Assembly (NCBI GenBank): GCA_963669175.1
Contig: OY769902.1
Span: 841,348 to 905,347, forward strand
DNA length: 64,000 nt
Source: a bacterium
GTDB taxonomy: Bacteria; Electryoneota; Electryoneia; Electryoneales; Electryoneaceae
Direction: 5' to 3'
Each line of letters begins with the position of its first letter. Position 1 is the stretch's first letter. Shown here one piece after another: positions 58,729 through 64,000 of the stretch. The notes beneath the pieces are model-generated. The model did no database searches and was not told the origin of the DNA. It saw only the letters and a list, made by a program, of their open reading frames with translations. The position numbers and the translations under genes are program-made.

Positions 58729-61098
58729 ATGCGCGGCCGCACTATGACTCTGCCTCTGGGAGTCCTGGTATTAGCCTTATTTGCCGATGTGGCGTTTGGG
58801 GATACCTGGCGAACAATCACTGCCGGGTGGAAACCCAACCGAGTTGCCATTGCCGGTGGAAAAATCTGGGCGTGTTCGGAAGGTGGATTGTACGATGTCG
58901 CAGCGGATTTCTCCGACATTCGTCTCCTGAACAAGGATGACGGGCTCTATGCGAATGATGTCAATGTGGTGCGCGCGGAAGCGGACGAGTCCCGCATATG
59001 GATCGGGTATGATGATGCCGGAGTTGATCGTATTGATCCGGCCACAGGTGACATTGTTCAACGTATCCTTGATTTTGTCGAATCGAACGAAGTCTTCTCC
59101 ATCTATGATATTTTCCTGTCCGAAACAGAAGCTTACGTTGCAACAGATATCGGTGTAAGCAAGCTTATTCCTTCCGATTATGACGATCTCTGGGTCGTAA
59201 GCGAAACCTACCGAAACTTCGGAGTCGGGACAGATGCCTGGCCTCAGCCGGTCAAGGTGGAGTCTGTGTTTTCGGACGGGGAATGGTTGTTTGTCGGTGG
59301 TATAAACGGTATCGCGGTCGCGTCGCTGGAAGACAATCTGTTTGATCCCGGGGTATGGCAGACATTTGACTTTGAGAGTGACCTTCCCCATCGTAGTGAT
59401 GTGACAAACAATGTGAGCTGGTTTCGTCAGATGAACGGCGAAATCTATGCTGGATTGTACCTGTTTACTGTCGTGCGCTGGGATGGAGAAGAGTGGGATC
59501 AGGCCACTCCGAACTACAGATTCTATTTCGGTATGACGGACTCGCCTGACAGCACGATTTACTGTGGCGCCGGCAACGGTTTATATAAATGGAATCGTGA
59601 TGACAACACCTTTGACCTGCTGATCCCCGACAGCCTGACCCAAAAAGTCTTTGATCTGACCTGGGCTTTTGGCAATGTTGTGGGAGTTCTTGATACGGAC
59701 GCCAAAGATAAGGGTGGTGTATTCAGGTTTGATCCTGATACAGGCGAGTATATCGTAATTCACCCCAACACTCCTGGTGGGAACCAGGCTACCCAATTGC
59801 ACATCGATGAAAGCGGTACGGTTTGGATTACAGCGCGCTCTTCCAATCAGAACGGTATCTATGGGTTGACGGCGGAAGGGGTATGGGAATCGATCACACG
59901 TTTGGATCTGACTCAGGATGCGTTCAACTATACGTTCCTTGATATCGGGACAGACGATGCCGGTGGGGTCTGGATCGGCAGCCGTGGCGATGGTCTTGTT
60001 CACATCATGCCCACTGACACCGGTCTTGTTCCAACCTGGTTTAATGCGGACACCAGTACGGGGGCACGTTTGCAACCAATGTCCAATGATGGTTTTGTTC
60101 TGATCGGTGGTGTAGCACGTGAGCCGGGAAAAGGAATGTGGTTGGTAAACACCTATGCTGGCGATGAATTATCCGGTGTGCTTCGCAAGCCATTGATCTT
60201 TGTTCCTCTCGCCTGGTATACCGACCCGACCACAGAATGGCAGACATACAGCACGGTTGATGGTGTACCAACGATTGATATCAAGAGTGTAATACGTGAC
60301 CATTATGGACGTTTGTGGTTTGGTCCTCTTTCGGACGCTGACCAGTATTCCATGGTGATGATGAACCCGGCCGGAACACCCATGAATCCGGATGATGATT
60401 CCTACATGACATTTGGCACCGGGGATGTCGGATTCACCATGGTCAACGATATGGTGCTGGATGATGAAGGGTTCCTGTGGGTTGGTGCGCCGGATGGATT
60501 GTACTACATCGACACGAACCATGACGATAGTTTTATCGTTGGATCTGTCACTGGTGCGCTGGGAGAGGAAATCACTGCTGTAGCCCTGGACCCGATGGGG
60601 CACATCTGGTGCGGTACCCACAACGGCGTGTCGGTATTTAATCCGGCACGGATGAGCTGGGTGAATCACTATACGGTTGCCAGTGGCCGCTATCCGAGTC
60701 GATTGGTTGACGATGATATCACCTGCATGGAATTCAACGGAGAAACCGGGGAAGCCTGGATCGGGACCAACATCGGCGTTTCCGTGTTGACGACACCATA
60801 CCGGAATTTCGGAGATGAACTGGGTGAGATTGATGTGCGTCCCCAACCTTTCCTGCTAGGTAATGATGGCGTATCCCTCCAGTTTATGGGGGAAAGCCTG
60901 GTCAACGGTGCAACGATAAAGATTTTCACTCCTTCAGGCAGACTGGTGCGTGAACTTAGCTTCAGCGAAGCCTCTTCAGAGGGGTGGGATGGACGCAACA
61001 AGGAAGGTGAACTGGTTTCCAGCGGAGTCTACCTGTTGCTGGTGACAGACCCGGAAGGACATTCCAAAGTTGGGAAAGCGGCTGTTGTGCGTAAATAA
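58729..61098 (+). CDS. secreted beta-propeller repeat protein (two-component-regulator propeller-like) with C-terminal sorting/Ig-like domain
   Basis: Signal peptide. Repeated W.G...GL... propeller units. C-terminal ...GVYLLLVTDPEGHSKVGKAAVVRK resembles T9SS CTD/FlgD-Ig. Confidence 0.6.
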   Translation: MRGRTMTLPLGVLVLALFADVAFGDTWRTITAGWKPNRVAIAGGKIWACSEGGLYDVAADFSDIRLLNKDDGLYANDVNVVRAEADESRIWIGYDDAGVDRIDPATGDIVQRILDFVESNEVFSIYDIFLSETEAYVATDIGVSKLIPSDYDDLWVVSETYRNFGVGTDAWPQPVKVESVFSDGEWLFVGGINGIAVASLEDNLFDPGVWQTFDFESDLPHRSDVTNNVSWFRQMNGEIYAGLYLFTVVRWDGEEWDQATPNYRFYFGMTDSPDSTIYCGAGNGLYKWNRDDNTFDLLIPDSLTQKVFDLTWAFGNVVGVLDTDAKDKGGVFRFDPDTGEYIVIHPNTPGGNQATQLHIDESGTVWITARSSNQNGIYGLTAEGVWESITRLDLTQDAFNYTFLDIGTDDAGGVWIGSRGDGLVHIMPTDTGLVPTWFNADTSTGARLQPMSNDGFVLIGGVAREPGKGMWLVNTYAGDELSGVLRKPLIFVPLAWYTDPTTEWQTYSTVDGVPTIDIKSVIRDHYGRLWFGPLSDADQYSMVMMNPAGTPMNPDDDSYMTFGTGDVGFTMVNDMVLDDEGFLWVGAPDGLYYIDTNHDDSFIVGSVTGALGEEITAVALDPMGHIWCGTHNGVSVFNPARMSWVNHYTVASGRYPSRLVDDDITCMEFNGETGEAWIGTNIGVSVLTTPYRNFGDELGEIDVRPQPFLLGNDGVSLQFMGESLVNGATIKIFTPSGRLVRELSFSEASSEGWDGRNKEGELVSSGVYLLLVTDPEGHSKVGKAAVVRK

Positions 61099-61122
61099 AC
61101 ACTGAATCGCCCCACTCATTAT

Positions 61123-61160
61123 CGGGTATTCCCTCGAAGCAGGGTAATACCCGTTTTTTT
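61123..61160 (+). terminator. rho-independent terminator
   Basis: CGGGTATTCCCT-CGAAGC-AGGGTAATACCCG followed by TTTTTTT. Confidence 0.65.
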
Positions 61161-61269
61161 GTCAGAAACCTGTCTTTCCAATCGGTTGAAATTTGTTTTC
61201 TTGAGAGTTATACTCCACCGGGGTTAGAAAAGTGAGTGGGTATAGATTTTTTGTAACCGGAGTCCCCCA

Positions 61270-62304
61270 GTGGCAAATCCTTCTTCAGGTTTTCAATTGC
61301 TGGAAACCATCCCGCAGCCCGTCATTTTTACCGATACTTCGAAGCAAATCATTGCTGTCAATAGTGCATTCTGCCGTGAATATGGTTATGCATGCGACTC
61401 GCTGAAGGGTAAAGGGCTGGAAGCAATCCTGCAAAGCGAATCGTTGACAACCGTATCGTTTTCAGAGCTTCTGAGCGATGCGGATAGCCAGCCGGCAGAA
61501 AACAGGCATAAAGCAGTGATCAATGGCCATAATGGGAATTTATATCACATTTGTGTTTCTGTCGTGCCAATATATAACGGGCAGCAGGATCCACTATTTG
61601 CTCTGTTTGTTTCCTGTGATACAAAAGCTTCTCTGAAAAACGTATATGAAGATGAAGTTGCTATTGAAATCATGGATATTTTCACAGATGGTATCGTATT
61701 CCTCAAAATGGATGGGACAATAATCTATGCCAATTCCTGGGCAATGGACTTGTTTGGAAAGTCAGTCAAAAACTTTTCTGACCTGAACATTCTTTCTATA
61801 ATCACACCCGCAGATCCCGAGCTGGCAAGGCTGGAACAAACCCTGGATATATGGATAGGGGGAGGGATTGGCCAGGAAGGTTTGATTCAACACGATGAAA
61901 CTGGTGAATTTCCTGTTGAAGTAAAAGGGGTGATGCTATCTACGGAGCAACACAGAAGTGCATTTGTCTGTCTTATTATTCGTGACCTGCGGGAACGAAA
62001 ACAGTTTGAAAAAACCCTGATGGAACGTGAACAGTTTGAAACAGCAGTTCAAATGTCAATCGCTTTGGCGCACGAAGTGAATAACCCCCTGGCTGTGATC
62101 AAGGGCAGTATTGACATGATGAAGATGGGGGAATACACAGAAGAACAGCTTTCCTGGCTTGAAAAGATGGACAGTCATGTCACTCGAATTATCAAGATTG
62201 TCAAGGATATGACAGAGCTTCATTTGATAAAAAAGCGAAGCTACACGACGGATTTGAAATATATCGACATCCACTCCAGCGCTGAAAAAGATGAAAAGGA
62301 GTAG
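61270..62304 (+). CDS. cytoplasmic PAS-domain sensor with HisKA (DHp) domain but no HATPase_c domain
   Basis: Two PAS domains. H-box ALAHEVNNPLAVIKG. ORF ends about 75 aa later. Paralogous H-box to 26807-29839. Confidence 0.65.
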   Translation: MANPSSGFQLLETIPQPVIFTDTSKQIIAVNSAFCREYGYACDSLKGKGLEAILQSESLTTVSFSELLSDADSQPAENRHKAVINGHNGNLYHICVSVVPIYNGQQDPLFALFVSCDTKASLKNVYEDEVAIEIMDIFTDGIVFLKMDGTIIYANSWAMDLFGKSVKNFSDLNILSIITPADPELARLEQTLDIWIGGGIGQEGLIQHDETGEFPVEVKGVMLSTEQHRSAFVCLIIRDLRERKQFEKTLMEREQFETAVQMSIALAHEVNNPLAVIKGSIDMMKMGEYTEEQLSWLEKMDSHVTRIIKIVKDMTELHLIKKRSYTTDLKYIDIHSSAEKDEKE

Positions 62305-62325
62305 GAGCAGCATCGCAATTTCATG

Positions 62326-62357
62326 TGCCACCCCTTCGAGGTGGCTCTTTTTTTGGC
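62326..62357 (+). terminator. rho-independent terminator
   Basis: GCCACC-CCTTCGA-GGTGGC followed by TCTTTTTTT. Confidence 0.6.
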
Positions 62358-62578
62358 TATGTTCATTCAAAGCAGAAAGTATCCCGCCACTTCGAGGTGA
62401 ATTCTCACCACAACATGAACTGGATTCATGTATACACATTGTTCGCTAGCCCGAATATTTCATGAACAAAACATGGATAATCATCTTAACACATTTCATA
62501 TCAGCACAATACAACTGATTCATACAGCATTTTGCAGGGTACAGTTTGCTCCGGTATCCCTTTGCGTGTTTATTCCTT

Positions 62579-62912
62579 GGGCTGCTCACAAGAATTTGTG
62601 CATATTATCGACGAGCACGTTTCGTCAGGTCTTGACGTGATGCCTTTTTCTTGTTTTTCTCCGTAATTTCAGACATCTGTCCGACTTCACACCTGCTATT
62701 TCGCATGATAGATCGTCGTCAGGCATCACGTTGTGACCTGACGACAGCGAGAGTGCTGATACAGGTGGCAGGTCACAACGCGACAATAACAGTACGAGAG
62801 GTGGTTTCAGTATCATCGTGTATTCGGGAAAACATCGCGAAAGCCGAAAACGGAAAGTCGCGTCAAGACCTGCCACAACTTTGCCCGAATGCACAAATTC
62901 TTGTGAGGAACC
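62579..62912. repeat. MITE-A complete copy nested in MITE-D (7-bp TSD ATTCCTT)
   Basis: TIRs CTCACAAGAATTTGTGCAT / GCACAAATTCTTGTGAGG. Flanking ATTCCTT at 62572-62578 and 62913-62919. Uninterrupted target sequence visible at 6690-6700. Confidence 0.65.
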
Positions 62913-63003
62913 ATTCCTTGTTTCGCTGACAAACTGAAGCTGAGTTTCGGAAACCGCCCCGGAAGGGGCAATCTGTATTAGCCCAGGGCGGCCGCCGTTA
63001 GTT

Positions 63004-63406
63004 CTGTCTCTTACCCACATCTTCTGAAAGCTGTATCAGTAAAAGAGTTGTGGACATAGCATTTTTAGAATCCCGGCGGGATTCCCTATTTTAGCATAGT
63101 GTACAGGCCGTCTGTTTGGCCTGTACACTATGTCAGGTATTCTAACGAATAATCAACCCTGGAAGGGTTGCATAATACGCGATTCATATTAGTACGTTCA
63201 ATAAATACAGGAAATAACGCATTTTATATTCTATACAAACCAATTGGGTGTAAATTATACGTTATGCAACCCTTCCAGGGTTGAGATAAGGTTTGATCTT
63301 TTTCGTAGGGTAGACGCTAAACAGACAGCGTCAACCCTACGCTAAAATATACCACCCCCTCTGGGGTGGCAGAAACACGAAGATGTGAGCAAGAGACAGG
63401 CCGTTA
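63004..63406. repeat. MITE-E uninterrupted copy (403 bp) nested in MITE-D
   Basis: TIR CTGTCTCTTACCCACATCTTC / GAAGATGTGAGCAAGAGACAG. Contains intact hairpins with AAACAGAC / GTCTGTTT loops. Confidence 0.55.
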
Positions 63407-64000
63407 GTTGGCGGCTACCTTGGGAGATGAATCCCACTACTATTTACTCCGGCAGGAGTAACCTGAATATTATTATTGGTATACAGTTTGGATTCTTAGG
63501 CAACCACTGTCGGGGTTGGCAGGTAGTCTACACCCTTTTCCCACCGTGAGCGCCAAACAGACTGGAGCTGGACGGTGGGTTTATTCAGGGAACCACTGCC
63601 GTGGTTCTTATCCCGCCCGTTCCATCAAGTATCACATGTGAAAGTGCCAGTCGTGAAATATCCGGGCCAGTAACACCATGTTTCGTACATAGACGAAACA
63701 GCGGGACCTTCCTGATAGCATAGTGATGTAGTAAAGAACCCACCCATCACCCAGCCTGCGCACCAGATTCACAGGGTAAGCACCAGCTTCGCAGTTTTTC
63801 TTGGTACATATAGCTTTCAGGTTTCTCTTTCACAACACTGGAGCCCTGATTTACCTCTCTTGTTCACCTTCATGACAATGAAAATCTATTCGGGCAACAG
63901 GTGTCTGCTTAGCCTTATTGCCTACAAGCTAAAAAGAATTCTGAAACGATCGTAATACAGTCGAATTCCTTATCAGAAGAGGAATTGCATTTTCAATTGG

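Larger units (their letters stand above)
62450..63666. repeat. MITE-D copy carrying two nested insertions (MITE-A and MITE-E)
   Basis: Left TIR CCCGAATATTTCA at 62450. Right end GAAATATCCGGG at 63655-63666. Interior interrupted at 62579-62912 (MITE-A) and 63004-63406 (MITE-E, duplicating CCGTTAG on both sides). Confidence 0.55.

Overview
About 50% GC bacterial chromosomal window that is dense in signalling genes and mobile DNA. Several secreted proteins end in a Por/T9SS-type sorting domain, which suggests an FCB-group-like or related lineage (inference only). Main content, in order: (1) A sigma-54 response regulator plus a sensor kinase with a periplasmic solute-binding domain (minus strand, 1-2942). 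(2) Two identical IS110-family elements in direct orientation (3039-4608 and 45012-46687), with a solo end remnant at 38146-38275. (3) A pirin gene. (4) A nested cluster of at least four MITE-like families (A, C, D, E), each with terminal inverted repeats and short target-site duplications, inserted into one another at 5960-7200, 20762-21103, 46741-46880, 53155-53357 and 62450-63666. (5) A complete type I restriction-modification operon hsdR-hsdM-hsdS plus an acidic 97-aa ORF (7225-13169). (6) A 7.3-kb integrative element (13345-20633) bounded by a 48-bp direct repeat of the 3' part of a tRNA-Glu(CUC) gene. It carries a tyrosine integrase, an AlpA-like excisionase, a P4-type primase-helicase, candidate origin iterons and three cargo genes of unknown function. 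(7) A minus-strand block of envelope genes: sugar transferase, MltB-like transglycosylase, a zinc-ribbon/HEPN-like hypothetical, two secreted beta-rich proteins and an AT-rich Wzy-like gene. (8) Several sensor kinases, two of which have a HisKA domain but no ATP-binding domain; a methyl-accepting chemotaxis protein with a CxxCH haem motif; T9SS-domain beta-propeller and LVIVD proteins; GNAT, M28 peptidase and Fe-S (GlcF-like) genes. (9) A two-component operon that includes a receiver domain fused to an anion permease and a CBS-pair protein. (10) An FMN riboswitch followed by ribD-ribE-ribBA-ribH, which is interrupted by repeat-flanked four-helix-bundle (TIGR02436, Avd-like) cassettes (one intact gene, one pseudogene, one remnant) and is separated from its riboswitch by a MITE. 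No CRISPR array was found.
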